Positions 1 through 12,859 of a DNA stretch of 64,000 nt are shown piece after piece. The DNA comes from Octopus sinensis (taxonomy: Eukaryota), in the NCBI RefSeq assembly GCF_006345805.1, contig NC_043007.1:71858001-71922000 (forward strand), read 5' to 3'. The position numbers were made by a program, and so were the translations under genes. Below the pieces are notes generated by a model. It did no database searches. It saw nothing but the letters and a program-made list of their open reading frames with translations, and was not told the DNA's origin. The stretch's first letter is position 1, and the number at the start of each line of letters is the position of its first letter.

Positions 1-311
1 GGAACATTCTAGTGAAGTTAGACATCTTATCTGGCCACCACAGTCCCCAGATCTCAATATTATTTAACATTTATGGTGTATCTTAGAAAAACAAATAAGG
101 AGTCGATATCCTCCACCATCATCACTACAAGAACTGGAGACTGTTTTAGCTGAAGAATGGACAAAAATTCCTTTGGAAACAATTCAAACTTTGTACAAGT
201 CCATACCTCATAGGATTCAAGCTGTAATTACTGCCAAAGACAGTCCTACCCAATATTAAAATAAATTTGCTTGAAATTTTAAGGTGTTTCCATTATTTTG
301 TCCAACTTCTG
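1..311 (+). mobile_element. Tc1-family transposon, 3' end (transposase C-terminus and right TIR), degenerate
   Basis: Frame from nt 2 reads EHSSEVRHLIWPPQSPDLNII*HLWCILEKQIRSRYPPPSSLQELETVLAEEWTKIPLETIQTLYKSIPHRIQAVITAK. This is the WPxQSPDLNxIE motif with the catalytic E mutated to a stop. Ends ...TTTTGTCCAACTTCTG followed by TA. Confidence 0.85.
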
Positions 312-319
312 TATATATG

Positions 320-588
320 TATATCATGTGACCATGTGGCCGACAAGACTATCAGATGTTGTCACACGTCAGTCACAATGCACTTTGCATCATTCTAGCC
401 GTCAAATGACATCAACCTGTAGGCTAGGCAAGCAGGCCAACATTTGCCCTGATCAAAAAGGGTACTGGAGAAACATGAATTGAAGTGCTTTTCTCAGGGA
501 CACAACACACTGCCTAGTCTGGGAATCAAACACACAATCTAGCAATCATGAGTGCAACAGCTTTAACCACAAAGCCACGTGCCTTCAC

Positions 589-590
<2 letters not shown>
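320..590 (-). mobile_element. tRNA-derived SINE, degenerate
   Basis: Reverse strand begins GTGAAGGCACGTGGCTTTGTGGTTAAAG...TTTGATTCCCAG (A/B-box-like). A similar head is at 42105-42255. Confidence 0.55.
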
Positions 591-625
<35 letters not shown>

Positions 626-1289
626 GAAAAGAAGGTAGTCAAGATTTGGATAAAAACTATTTAATTAGTGCTTTAATCCCTTTCAGGGGTTTGTCATGAA
701 TGATTTCTTATAAAAGAAAATGCATACCTTTTACATAAGAAATCATTTATGCTGAGTCCTTGAAAGGGACACAAGTACTAAATAAATAGTTTTTATCCAA
801 ATCCTGATTACCTTAATTTTCTTAATATATAAAATCTGTACACCACTTCAAACAATCTACATTATATATGTATATACATTCAGGGATTACACTGTATAAT
901 AACGATATGTTACATAGTCACAGGCTGATAAGTTTTTTAGGGGTGTTGTACGAAAAAAGTGAAACAGCCATGGCCTGTGGCAGATAGCTTTGTAAATTTA
1001 ACATGAAGTAAAGTTTTATTTGAAATAGAATTTTATGCACAATTTCTGTTTTGCAAAATAATTTTTGATTATTATTTTAATTCTTGCGAATAAGCACTTT
1101 ATAAAGTATAGGCATATCATTAAGTGATATTCATGTTTTTCTGGAGAATATCAGCAATGTAAGTGAAGGAGATACATTTCCATCTGTAATCAAAAACAGT
1201 TTATACGTGGCAGCTGATCTTTTCTTAAACATAATTCTCATTCTACAACACATTTCAATTTAAAATAGATTTTTAAAAAATTGATTTAA

Positions 1290-1509
1290 CCCTTTAGCAT
1301 TTAGATTACTCTGTCAAATGTAATTCATATGTATTCACATTGCTTTGAATTAATCATGCATTAGTTTGTAGGTTTGAGGTTTTGACAATGTGATTGTTTA
1401 TTTTTAGAATGACATTGTAGGATAGGTGTGAGAGGGTACATCTGCTTATTTTGAATATAAAACAGGTAGAATATTTTGGGCCAGATGTGGCCAGTTTAAA
1501 TGCTAAATG
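1290..1509. mobile_element. piggyBac-type MITE
   Basis: TTAA-CCCTTTAGCATTT ... AAATGCTAAATG-TTAA termini. Related copy at 22454-22669 (opposite orientation) and partial copy at about 41825-41955. Confidence 0.7.
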
Positions 1510-1683
1510 TTAAACATTTATAGAATAAGAGATTAGTGTTTTTGAAAGAATTAAATAAATAAAAGTTTGGTACTGCTAAAGACTCTACAATTAAAAGAGA
1601 ATGAAGTTGCTACAATAATTCTACAAAACATTTTTGCTAACTAAAAAAACATTGGATGACCAAAATATGCAGATTACTCTTAC

Positions 1684-1803
1684 CTAACGGATAATCAACA
1701 ATGGAAGCTACTGCTCCAATAGTACTTCCCAAAACTTCACCAACTTTACGTGCGGTCACTGGTGTTGAGTGAGATGGACTTGTTGATGGTTTGTGATTGG
1801 TAA
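1684..1803 (-). CDS. ZFYVE1: ZFYVE1/DFCP1 coding exon 10 (inter-FYVE region); downstream exon(s) outside the window
   Basis: tttcag|TT ACC AAT ... CCG TTA G|gtaag, phase 1 to 1. Encodes VTNHKPSTSPSHSTPVTARKVGEVLGSTIGAVASIVDYPLG, matching the ARKVGEAV...GAV...IDIPLG segment of DFCP1. Confidence 0.92.
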
Positions 1804-2835
1804 CTGAAAAGAAAATAAGCAGTAACTTGAAACTGAGATTCAATAAATTGAATATTGAAGAGATTGCAACCAGGACACACATAAGGAAAATTAAGGAACT
1901 TCAAATAGAAACTGATGCTGAACTCCTTCCATGAAGTATTGAAAAATATTGCCAAACACAATTTAAAAAAAATATATACCAGTTCACTGAGAAGGTTGTG
2001 TTTAGGTAGTGAAATGAAAAACATAAGAAATAGAGGGAATAAACCACACCTGAGTACTGATAACCTTAAAACATCAGACCTTGACAGTTACTTTCATGCA
2101 ATCTAGGAGCAAGAAAGCTCCACCAAGTGCCTTCTATACAAAAACAGAAAGCTCAGCTATCAACAAATGTAGGCTACAAAACACCAAAACTGAATGCATA
2201 TCTTTGCCAACTGACAATCTTCAAGATATTGATTTCCATATGAGACATGACAATCAAAGCCTCAGCAAATTGGAATACAATGAAAAGAATGTTGGTTTGT
2301 GAGCCAAAGATCTGATATACAGTTGGAGCAAGGTGACATATAAGTGGAAAGGGAGAGCAGATAAAGCTATAAAAGCTAAAAGATAGGTCAGGAAATATTG
2401 CTGAAAATGGGAAATAGAGATCAATCACATGGCTGAAAGTGAAATAATTTATCAGATGAATGTAATAAAATAAATTTAAGGTGTTTGCCAATGTTTTACA
2501 ATGAGAGGATCAAAGGCATGTTGTGTTTTAGATTAAGTAATGCATTTGTATGAATCAAAACACCATTGTGAAAAACTGTGAAACAACCATGGTACTGCAT
2601 CATGTTTCTTAAATCACAATTCCACAGTGTAAACACAAGATGCTAGTTTCTTTAATAGATGAGATCTGCTAGTGTCTACAGCAGATCTTATTAAGCAGAA
2701 GATAAATCTCCAACTGAATATTGATCTATCTTGAGTCCCTTTCTCAGAAGATATGGTGCCCATTTCTTACAAGTAAACTGAGATATGTAAAATTAAAGAT
2801 CCTGAACATAGTCAATCTCTTTCTTTTTTTTTACC

Positions 2836-3136
2836 CTCTTTTACATGTTTCAGTCATTTGACTGCGGCCATGCTGGAGCACCGCATTTAGTTGAGCAAAT
2901 CGACCCCAGGACTTATTCTTTGTAAGCCTAGTACTTATTCTATCGGTCTCTTTTGCCAAACCGCTAAGTTACAGGGACATAAACACAACAGCATCGGTTG
3001 TCAAGCGATGTTGGGGGTGGCCAAACACAGACACACAAACACATTTACATATATACGACGGGCTTCTTTCAGTTTCCATCTACCAAATCCACTCACAAGG
3101 CTTTGGTCAGCCCGAGACTATAGTAGAAGACACTTG
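2836..3136 (-). mobile_element. SINE family A, 5'-truncated
   Basis: Same body and GAGTAAAA-type tail as the full copies at 18067, 44364 and 46277. Confidence 0.85.
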
Positions 3137-3299
3137 CAGTGGGAAAACAAATGCAAGAGATGTTAAACAAAAAACCAAGAAGATCATCATCATTAAGGTA
3201 TCTAACTAGCCATTTTGTTTCTATGACAAACAGTCAAAAGACATTAAAAGTAATTCAATATCTAAATCACTTTTATAGAAATTATCAGAGAATATTTAC

Positions 3300-3474
3300 C
3301 ATTATTTCTTTCTAGATGACATTTATCACAGGTTCTCACTAATGTATCTCCCCAGCCTCGTTCAGGTACAGGGTCCTTGTGACTTGAGCAGCTATCACAA
3401 AAGCCTTTCCCACAAGCTCGGCAATGATGCTTCTGCTCATTCCCTTCAAATAATTTCTCACAATTTGTACAGTG
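3300..3474 (-). CDS. ZFYVE1: ZFYVE1 coding exon 9 (first FYVE domain)
   Basis: tttcag|CAC TGT ... AAT AAT G|gtaaat. Encodes HCTNCEKLFEGNEQKHHCRACGKGFCDSCSSHKDPVPERGWGDTLVRTCDKC with the FYVE (R/K)HHCRxCG motif. Confidence 0.96.
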
Positions 3475-4409
3475 CTGAAACACAAAGCAATTTATATTAG
3501 CACACAGCAGACAATATAGAAAAGCTGAAGAGTCAAAAGACAATTATTCATCATCACCATGGCATTTAGTAAAAACAACACAAAAAAGTTGGTTATTTGG
3601 AAAACTAAGCATATTTTAAATCAGCATTAAAATTCCTTAAAAGACCTACTTTTAGAGGAAGAGAAATGAGATGCTGTGACAATCATGCTTCCCTAATAAA
3701 CATCAGTGGTGTAAGCAAAGAGGGAAAAAGCTTGAACCATAAATAGAAGCCAAGTCATGTTCCGCAGCATTTGATACAGAATGGAATATTGATTCCTTGT
3801 ATTGGAATAAGGTAACCAATTAATAAGGAAACGTAGATAAATTGAATTTGTATATGACTGGTTATAGGAAATTTTGCTGTAAACAATTTTACCATAAGAA
3901 ATTTTGTTTTAAATGATTTCATCACATTTTTTTATGTCAGACATTGAATAAAGACTTGGCTATTTAATGCTTCTTATAAAAACTTTTGCTTTTTTTTTTT
4001 TTTTCTGTACAGTGAAATTTCTTCTGACGAATTTTCTGGTCATGAAGAAACAGTATGACGTACAATTATTATATACTACAATTAGTGATCAATTTTGGCC
4101 ACAGTAGTTTCAAGCGGCCCAGTCAGTGGGTCACAATATTTCTGACAAGAGTGACAAGTGAGTGTCACTTTAAGTTTTGGTCTCTGGCTAATATTTGTAT
4201 CTTGTACTAATATACATTGGAGAAAGCTACATACATACACACAATTAAAACACGATTCTACATAAATTTCCAGCTACTTAATTCAATTGCCAAGATATTC
4301 ACCAACATGAATCTATAGCTGAAGACACTTCTGACGAGAGAATATTAACTAATTAGAAATATTCTACTTAAAAACAAATCAAAAAAACAAATAAAGGCAG
4401 AGAACTCAC

Positions 4410-4580
4410 AGCAATAAGTGCATTAGGAATCCAATAGCTTGGTGCAATTTGGTCTGTCATCCAGTCAGCTAGCACTTTGGTAGGTTTAGCACCAACACTA
4501 GTCACAGTGTCAGCAACATAATGAAGTCCATCAAGCAATTTTCGAGCAGCGTTGTGGGCCCCTTGCATGTTGCGTTGGTC
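4410..4580 (-). CDS. ZFYVE1: ZFYVE1 coding exon 8
   Basis: cattag|GAC CAA ... ATT GCT|gtgagt, 171 nt. Encodes DQRNMQGAHNAARKLLDGLHYVADTV...WMTDQIAPSYWIPNALIA, which includes the FYVE WxPD-like motif. Confidence 0.95.
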
Positions 4581-5689
4581 CTAATGAAAGGTAAATGTTA
4601 ATTTTCAATAGAATTGTTTTACAATCATAACACAATTATATCTGTAGAGACCATCCCATTTTAAGACTATCATTAATGGTTGAGGATAACCCACAGTGGT
4701 CTCTGAGTCTTGGAGTCAGTGTTATTTTACAGGTATTATTCAACATTTCATTCCATCAAAAACTACATACATCATGGTTTGGTTATACACTTGTAAAGAA
4801 GCGTTTTAATAATCATCTTGAGACAGAGAAGCAATTTTTTGCTTTCTCCAACATTTCTCACCAAACAACTCAAAACTGTCACTTTTCAGCTTTCAAAATT
4901 GAAACAAGGTACTCACTGAATTATCATCACAGTATATTTGTGTATTTGTATTCTACCTGGGGTAAACAATCTGGATACATTAGGAATACACACACATTAA
5001 GAAAAGTAGAAAAGCTTAAATTTCAAAAATAATTAATTTAATTCTGTTTTAACAGTCAGGGCTAAACAATTTCGGTTGCTAATTCCCTCATAGCACCATC
5101 AAATGTATTCATGGAATTTCACTGGTTAAGTTTTTGCTCATGCCACTCAGTCAATTTGATGTTTTGTCCAAAGAAAGTTATTGCTTTGAAGACACCATTA
5201 TTACTCAATTTAGAAGGACTGATTGGACATTTTTAAAGATTTTCCAAATGGAAACAATAAGCCCTGGTCTGGTTTCAAATTCTAGCCAGAAACCTACTAC
5301 AAATCAGTTCAGTATGTTGTTATTGTTTATTCAGTCATGGTTTATACTTTTTAGTAAATATATTTTCTTTGTAGTTTGATAGTTATAAGGTTTTATAAGA
5401 AAACAGATAAAATGGGAAGACTAACAATTTTGATGATTTGTTTGTTGTACATAAGTCTAAATGTTCACTTAATGGAATCTGTCTGGTATTAGGAGAAGCT
5501 CGTATTTGTTACTTATCACAAGTGAGTCTGGTTCTCGGGGTTTCATTTGTCCAATGTAATAGGATCTATCTGCTGCTCTAATAACTCAGCCAGTTTCCCA
5601 CATTATATGCAAAGATATATATATATATATATATATATATCAAAAACAAAATTGCTGACATGGCTGATGACAGTACTGCCTGATTGGCA

Positions 5690-6025
5690 CTCATGCCAGT
5701 GGAATGTTAAAAGCACATCCGAACATGGGGTGTAACCGGCCCACTTATGAGTACCCCTCATTCATTAGACAATGAACTTTGCTTGCGAAAGCCTTGATAT
5801 TGATATTGGTGCTGGTGCCACATAAGAAGCACCCTGTGCACTTTGTGGAGTGGTTGGCATTAGGAAGGGCATCTAGCCATAGAAACATGCCAGAACATGG
5901 GCATCCAGCCATAGAAACCATGCCAGAACAGACAGTGGAGCCTAGTGCAGCCCCTAGTCTTACCAGCTCTGGTCAAACTGACCAACTCATGCCAGCATGG
6001 AAAATGGGTGTTAAATGATGATGAT
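5690..6025 (+). mobile_element. Interspersed repeat family D ((GAT)n-tailed, SINE or LINE-3'-end type)
   Basis: GAGTGGTTGGCATTAGGAAGGGCATC core and ...TTAAATGATGATGAT tail, shared with copies at 23215, 34700, 51803, 56740 and 63030. Confidence 0.7.
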
Positions 6026-6491
6026 AAATAGAAAATATACATACATCACATTTTCCAGATATCCATTACTTTCATCACCAAATTTGCTTAATGGTTGAAC
6101 CCTAAGAGAGCTGTAAGTAAATCTATGTCCAAATACATTCCAGTCATGGCCATCCTGTCTTTTATGTGTTAGCCTACCTAAAACTACACAGTCCAATGTC
6201 TTTCTTGTATTAATACAATGGTGTTATAGGGAGTGATGTGAGAAGAATTATCTGGTAGCTTCATTTATGTACTTGGTTTCCAAGACTCTTGGCGTGAACC
6301 TGTGTATTGAAATATATTTTGTTGTATCTTCGGAAGGTCATTATGCAAATAATAAATACATGCACAGTATATATATGTTTATTATTGGCATAATGGTCCT
6401 TCTGTGATACGACAAAATATGTGCTAGTTCTAGCACTTCAGTGGTCCGAGAGGAGAGATTTTATTACATTTACATTAACAAAGCTACTTAC

Positions 6492-6606
6492 ACCGGGCCA
6501 GATATGACTGACCATCACTTGTACAACTTGTTCAATATCCTGATTGCCATACCAATATTCATGGCTACGATAAATAATACCACAGTTTGGGCATTCCAAC
6601 ACATAC
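6492..6606 (-). CDS. ZFYVE1: ZFYVE1 coding exon 7
   Basis: tttcag|G TAT GTG ... CCC GGT|gtaagt. Encodes (G)YVLECPNCGIIYRSHEYWYGNQDIEQVVQVMVSHIWPG, like DFCP1 YVIECPNCGVVYRSRQYW. Confidence 0.95.
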
Positions 6607-7190
6607 CTGAAACAAAATCAGATGCAGATGAGGTTTAAAAGCAGTTACAGACACACAGTGACAAATTTATTGCAAACACATATATATATTCAGAACACTT
6701 AATTATCAGTATATTATTCTCTCCAATCCAATAAACAGGATTTCATTTCTTTCAGATCCCCCATGGCAGAAAAAGTGCTAACACATGTCTATGGAACTCA
6801 GCCATTTACAAATTGCCAATTTTCTAAATGTGGCTTGATGTTTTGTAAATGAAGTTTAGCTGGAGTTGTAATACACATACACACACATTTATTCATGCAT
6901 GCATGTATATGCATGCATATACTTCCACCAGTATTCTGCACAGTTAACATCAAACATTTTCACTCACAAGGCATAGGTCAACCCAAAATTCTAACAGAAG
7001 AGACTTAACAAAGATGGTAAACAGCAGGTCTGAACCAAAAACCTAGTATTTGCTGATTAAACATTTTAATTACACAGGTATTTTTATTCTTTTTCTGGTT
7101 CTTCTGTCCACTTCATAAAACATTGGTAACTTTCTTTACAATGCACAATTCAGATAATTAAGAAGTTGATTTCTAGAGAAAAAAACTTAC

Positions 7191-7291
7191 CCTGACCAAA
7201 CATACTTAGCAAAACCAAGCCAAGCATTATCTGATGATGCAGAGGTTTTAGGGACAACAACAATATTTTTACCACTTTTAAAATAGCATTG
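7191..7291 (-). CDS. ZFYVE1: ZFYVE1 coding exon 6
   Basis: tttcag|CAA TGC ... TCA GG|gtaagt. Encodes QCYFKSGKNIVVVPKTSASSDNAWLGFAKYVWSG, like DFCP1 VVPKTSASTDSPWMGLAKYAWSG. Confidence 0.95.
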
Positions 7292-7307
7292 CTGAAAATA
7301 AATAAAA

Positions 7308-7339
<32 letters not shown>

Positions 7340-8526
7340 GTCAATCCAAACATGAACAAGCAAGAAAAAACAACAACGTGAGGACGTGGAATAAGTACTG
7401 TGTTATTGGACGCTCAGGAAAGGAAAGAAAAGAAAGGGGATTTCATGTTCGAGTGGAGCTCTTCAGCAGAAATATAGAAAAAGTCCAAAGAAGGGACGAC
7501 GGAGAAAGAAAATCGCCAATGATACACACGCAGTCACATATTGAAATATATATGATGGCTGCCCCTCGTTATCGAGTATGGCCATTGCATGAAGCTTAAC
7601 TATTATTGGTGCTGTGATCGAATGTAACTTTTTAGCCTAATTAAAGATCTACAATGTCTTGTACAGAATTGGCAGCTAAAACTTTTACCGGTAATAGCCG
7701 GCTGTAGTTGTAACTGGGCTTCATGTACCTTTGCATATCATTTAAGTCCTCCTGCCGAATTACACTCTCTTCCACATGCCTGACATATATATATATATAT
7801 ACATACACACACATATATATACATACACACATATATATGCACATATATATTCAATGACATTTGCTCGCACACATCTATCTATTCATATATCTTTATATAC
7901 ACACACATACACCACAAGCATATAAACCAAGGAATAAACTACTAACAACTGTCTAATCTTAGTGAAGACATGACAATCTCTCTAGCACCAGTTTCAAGAT
8001 AAAATGTACCCAGTACAATCTGAAAGATGGTCAATGAATGAATGAACATACAACAGAAACCAAATCAAAAAAAGAAATGCCCCCCCCCCCTCCAATATGT
8101 CTAGGAAGGCAGTAACTCCAACTGAACACTAACTCAAATTGTTGGAAACTATCCAATCCATACCAGCAAGGAAAGTGGGCATGTATTGATGATAAATTAA
8201 TGATAATGAACACATACATAGTTACATGCAAGTATGCATACAAACAAATGGCACACACACACACACAGAGTAAAATAACTGTAAAACTTTTATCTTCAAA
8301 AGTATAACATGAAATATCAGAAAGTAGTATTTATCATTTTGTGCAAGAATCCATAAATTTGTGTTTGAATTAAGACTCAATCTTATAATAGATGTTCTTT
8401 GAGGTTCTGCATGTCTTTCCATATATTTGCTAAAGTGTGTGTAGAAAAATTTGAAGCTCTATATACCCTTTTGTCCCCATTTCTTCAACTAACAAGATTG
8501 TCAATTTCCTATATCGCTGTACTTAC

Positions 8527-8641
8527 TTTACATAAATAAACCTTGTTTTCATATTGATGTTGGTATTGACAGTTTCTTCCCTTCTCTGTCTCATGAGGTA
8601 AATGATCCAGCTCATGGTTCATACTTCGAATACATCGGGTG
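8527..8641 (-). CDS. ZFYVE1: ZFYVE1 coding exon 5
   Basis: tttcag|C ACC CGA ... TGT AAA|gtaagt. Encodes TRCIRSMNHELDHLPHETEKGRNCQYQHQYENKVYLCK. Confidence 0.93.
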
Positions 8642-8813
8642 CTGAAAAGAGAATAGTAAAACTTGTACTAAAAGAAGTCACCTCAAAAAGTTCTGATATT
8701 CTCATATGACAAATCTGCTGAATGCAGCTTAAGTGAAATGTCATGAAATACAACTTAAAAAAGATACCAGTTGTAATAAATGGACAAAAGAATGTACATG
8801 AAAAGGTTCTTAC

Positions 8814-8911
8814 CTACAAGAAAGACATTTTGAAGTACAAGTGAAGTACTGGTCTGGGAATGTGAGGGCATCTGGTTTTTCTATTTCTCCACTAAATTTA
8901 CCATTCAGAAC
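8814..8911 (-). CDS. ZFYVE1: ZFYVE1 coding exon 4
   Basis: aaaag|GTT CTG ... TGT AG|gtaaga. Encodes VLNGKFSGEIEKPDALTFPDQYFTCTSKCLSC, like DFCP1 FSGEIPD...FPDEYFTCSSLCLSC. Confidence 0.93.
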
Positions 8912-9066
8912 CTTTTTAAGAACATAAATATACAATATTTAGAAAGGACTCTGGACAGATATACATGAAGTGTTTGCTCAAATAAGAACCATCATTCTCT
9001 GTATTCATTTGAAGCAAAAAAAATCTGCAAAAGATTCAAGAAGTCTCTAAATAATTTAAAGAAGTA

Positions 9067-9184
9067 CAGTAATCCCTCGACTATCTGCAAAATAGAAACA
9101 GTACTGTACTGTATATTTTTTTATTATTTTTACAATTTCAACATAAGCTTAAATAATAAACCATGATATGGTGAGGAATTACTG
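9067..9184. mobile_element. Tigger/pogo-type mini-MITE
   Basis: TA-CAGTAATCCCTCG ... TGAGGAATTACTG-TA terminal inverted repeats with TA flanks. Confidence 0.6.
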
Positions 9185-9789
9185 TACTCAATCTAGAGAT
9201 AAGTTTTTTATTCTTTTATGCAATTCAGTCCAAAGGCTGTGGCCATGCTGGGGCACTACCAGTAAAAATGGGTTGCCCTGAAGTAGAGAGCAATGCCCAT
9301 ATGCATTAGAAAGATCAAATGGTTTCTCTTCTCCTTGTCAAGGGGAGAACTAACCATCTCTTGTTTATCGCAACAGTATCAAAAAGTCTGAGAATGGAAT
9401 GAATAGACATTTAAGTCAGACTTAGAAAATGAAAAAAGACAGGGATGAGATTTCACTATGAAATGAAATGAAGTAATTCTCTAGAGAGAGAGAATGGCAT
9501 GGTAAACAAAACACCATACATGTATATTTTTTTAATATATATATATATGGTTCTGTAGTTGTCTTGGAGAACCTATGCCAGCATGGAAGATGGACATTAA
9601 AAGAGGATGCTGATGAGCTTGACAGTAAACAACAAATGTAAGCAAATATAGATACCCTGCCAAGGGTGGTCACAAGTTGGAATGTGTGATTACATTAATA
9701 ATTCTTAACCTCATTCTTAAGGCATAAATAGAGGATGCAAAGAACAGAAATAGCAAGGATATTTCAATATATATTTTATATCCAGACTA

Positions 9790-9821
<32 letters not shown>

Positions 9822-9895
9822 TGTGTGTGTGTGGGTGGGTGAGTGTGTGGGTGGGTGAGTGTGTGTGTGTGTGTGTGTGTGTAAAATCAACTTAC

Positions 9896-10104
9896 TTTAA
9901 GAACTTTGAATATAATCTCTGGTTTCCTTGGTGACCTGATCGATCGATTATTCAATTGTTCCTGAACAACTCTGCGTAAAACCCCAAAATCTGTAGGTGG
10001 CACTTGTGTTTGAATGCCAACATATTTCAAATCACTAAAGCTTTCAAAACTGCAATCTAACTTCTTGAATCGTTCTCTCAAAGCCATTTCAATTGGATTG
10101 CCAT
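9896..10104 (-). CDS. ZFYVE1: ZFYVE1 coding exon 3
   Basis: tctag|AT GGC AAT ... CTT AAA|gtaagt. Encodes DGNPIEMALRERFKKL...PPTDFGVLRR...RSPRKPEIIFKVLK, like DFCP1 PPTDFSGLRR...RSPRHPGVIFKALK. Confidence 0.94.
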
Positions 10105-10313
10105 CTAGATATATAAGAATTACGAAATAGGAAAATACAATTTCATCAAAGATTATCTTAACAAAATATCAATAAGTCATTTAAATAGGAGATGCAAAAG
10201 TAGGCATCAAAATCTATACATAAGAGTGAAATAGAAAAGAAGGAAAGATATGAAAAGAAATTTTTTTTTAAATGTTCCACAAACCTAAAATTTGAAACAT
10301 TTGCATTACATAT

Positions 10314-10344
<31 letters not shown>

Positions 10345-10442
10345 ATATATATATATGGAAATAATTGAGATTCAGTTGAATTGGGTACTTAAGTTGAAGC
10401 ACCAAGTCAGTGCAGTATGTACAACTCAAAGTAAGGTGAATA

Positions 10443-12464
10443 AAATCAAAATAAACAACAGGATAACAAGAGGTGATGCAGTACGACCGTTTCAAATGGC
10501 TCCATTTAATTGAACAATGCAATCATTACATCAATTTAAATGCAGGTCTATCCTCACTTGCATAAATAAATGGCATTTTTAATCAGCTGGACACATTAAT
10601 ATAATTTTACTTTAATTCTCTAATAGAGCAAGAAGAGGGGAAAAGTCCATGTTGCTACTAATGTAGCTCAGAGTATACTACACTTCTAAGAACTGTATGA
10701 AGTTTGGTAGGGTCAGAGCTTGTAAAGGATTGAGGTTCATCTTTAATTTATTAGTCTATTTTTATCAACTACCAAATCTAAAGCTAGAGGACAGTGTCTG
10801 TTTAGAATGGATAGACAGAGTGAGTTGATAGTTTATAGTTGGGTATGGTCATAAATATTGTCAGGATTTTAGGAAATGTATAAGTAACTGTCTATAAAGG
10901 AGGCTGGGTAGGGGAAAACCCTAAATCAAGATGTTAATTACCAGTTAAAGGGGCAAGACACTATTAAAACCTATGATGTTAATACAGAGGAAATTATCAT
11001 GGAGTACAATGGATGACTGTATATAAACAACATTGTTATGTTGTATGAAGATAAAATTTAAGATTACTAAAAATGATACTATAACCAGAATAGATAAACT
11101 GCGTATATATACCAATTTTCAACATTAGAAAGGGAAGATTACATAGAATTAGTTTAATATTCATACCTATACTTAATTATATACTTATAAGGTGGTTTCT
11201 ATAAAGATTGCTCTGGGTATTTACTTATGGGATACTGGGGTGATAAATTATTCTATCTTTATATTAATTGTAAGCTAAGAATCAGAAAAAAAAAGCAGAA
11301 AAATAAGTTGTGCACAGATACATACACATATTTAACTATGTGCACACATGCAAATATACACAAATATTTGTACTTTATTATAGGTATGTTATAATTATCT
11401 CTTCTAGACTTAAGTAACTAGAAAGTTTATATTTCTCTTTAAGAACATTAATAACTTATAAGAGATAAGAGGTTAATAGGTAAAGATATCAAAATAAGAA
11501 AACACAATAAGAAATTATAGAGAATAGTAAGAAAATATATATAGCATATTATATATAATACTAGGCGGTAAGTTCACATATACGACACTAAAATTAATTT
11601 CCCTTATCCAGGTTCAATATTTAAATGTACGGGTGACCCTATGTACGTATGATATCCTTAGGTCTAATCTATCATTAACCAGGTTGCTCTTGTCCTTATA
11701 CTTTAAAATTTCATAAATTTCCATAGAGCACAGCTCACACCCATATCAACTATTTCTATAAGACTGCACTTTCCTTATAATATCCCATTTAAGGCTAAAT
11801 TCGATTCCACTTTCCTTCAGTTCCCAAATCTTGTTAGATAAGGACGTAAAATTAGCCTTATGTTTGAGCCTAAAAGATGAAAAATGGTTATTAATATGTC
11901 TTTTCATATTTATTGAACATCCTATATATACAAAGTTACCAGCTACAGTTGTAATTGTACACTTATAGGTTACGTTTTGGGTTAGACATCAGCCTAATAA
12001 CGGACAGTGGGATTTAACTCTAAAATTGCAACTAGAAGAATTACTACTTTTAATATTATTGATATTCATACCATTATTATTGTTAATATTACTATTAATA
12101 ATAATTCCTAATACTACTATTGTATGTGTTATTTTCATATCTGGCATTATTTCTCCATCCTTCAATTGTGGTATCATCCACATTCATCCCAGCATCATTG
12201 GGCATATCCGTAGTCCCTGTGCTAGTATGGATCTCAGAGCTACAGTCTATATTATATATATTAGAAGCATTAGTACCACTGTTTCTATTTTCTACGTCAC
12301 CATTAATATTGTTATTCACATAGTAGAGGTTTAAGTTAGTGTTGACATTAACATTATTATTATTATTACTACCTCTTGCTAATTTAATATTCTTTCTATT
12401 TAACCTTGGAGCCGCTTGAAACAGTTGTACTGCATCACCTCTTGATATCCCGTTGTTTATTTTG

Positions 12465-12470
<6 letters not shown>
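10443..12470 (-). mobile_element. Penelope-like element 1, 5'-truncated (GIY-YIG endonuclease, 3' region with degenerate HHR, inverted 5' tail)
   Basis: Minus frame about 12050-11614 reads CNFRVKSHCPLLG*CLTQNVTYKCTITTVAGNFVYIGCSINMKRHINNHFSSF...SLSNKIWELK...WDII...CELCSMEIYEI...NLVN (two stops). About 65 bp at 12405-12470 is an inverted copy of 10443-10505. Confidence 0.85.
10475..10590 (-). ncRNA. Degenerate type I hammerhead ribozyme with long stem II
   Basis: CAG-CTGATTA(G8>U)-AAAATG...CCATTT-GAAA-C GGTC G-TA-CTG. Confidence 0.5.
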
Positions 12471-12506
<36 letters not shown>

Positions 12507-12859
12507 CACATACATACATACACACTAGCAGAAATACCTGACATTGCCCATGTTAAAGAGACTAATGAAATTTAAAAACACAGTCTAGATTACACACGTC
12601 TCAACTGCTAGTAGCTGAGATACCGACTTGCTACATTAATAACTCTCCAACCCATACCAGCATGGAATATAAACATTAAGTGAAATGTTAAAAGAAAGTT
12701 TTCAACTTACATATGTATACAAAGTAAATACATGTAATTCAAAAACACGTTTCGTGTAGCTTATTTCACAACCAAAAAATGGGTATGGATTATAAACAAT
12801 GCAAAGCCAATTTTGGTGATTCATTTGACAGAGGTAGTAGAGAGCCAACCTGATGATAA

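Noticed and set aside
1-1683. Final ZFYVE1 exon (second FYVE domain)
   Set aside because: No WxPD or HHCRxCG-coding sequence was found; it must lie left of the window.
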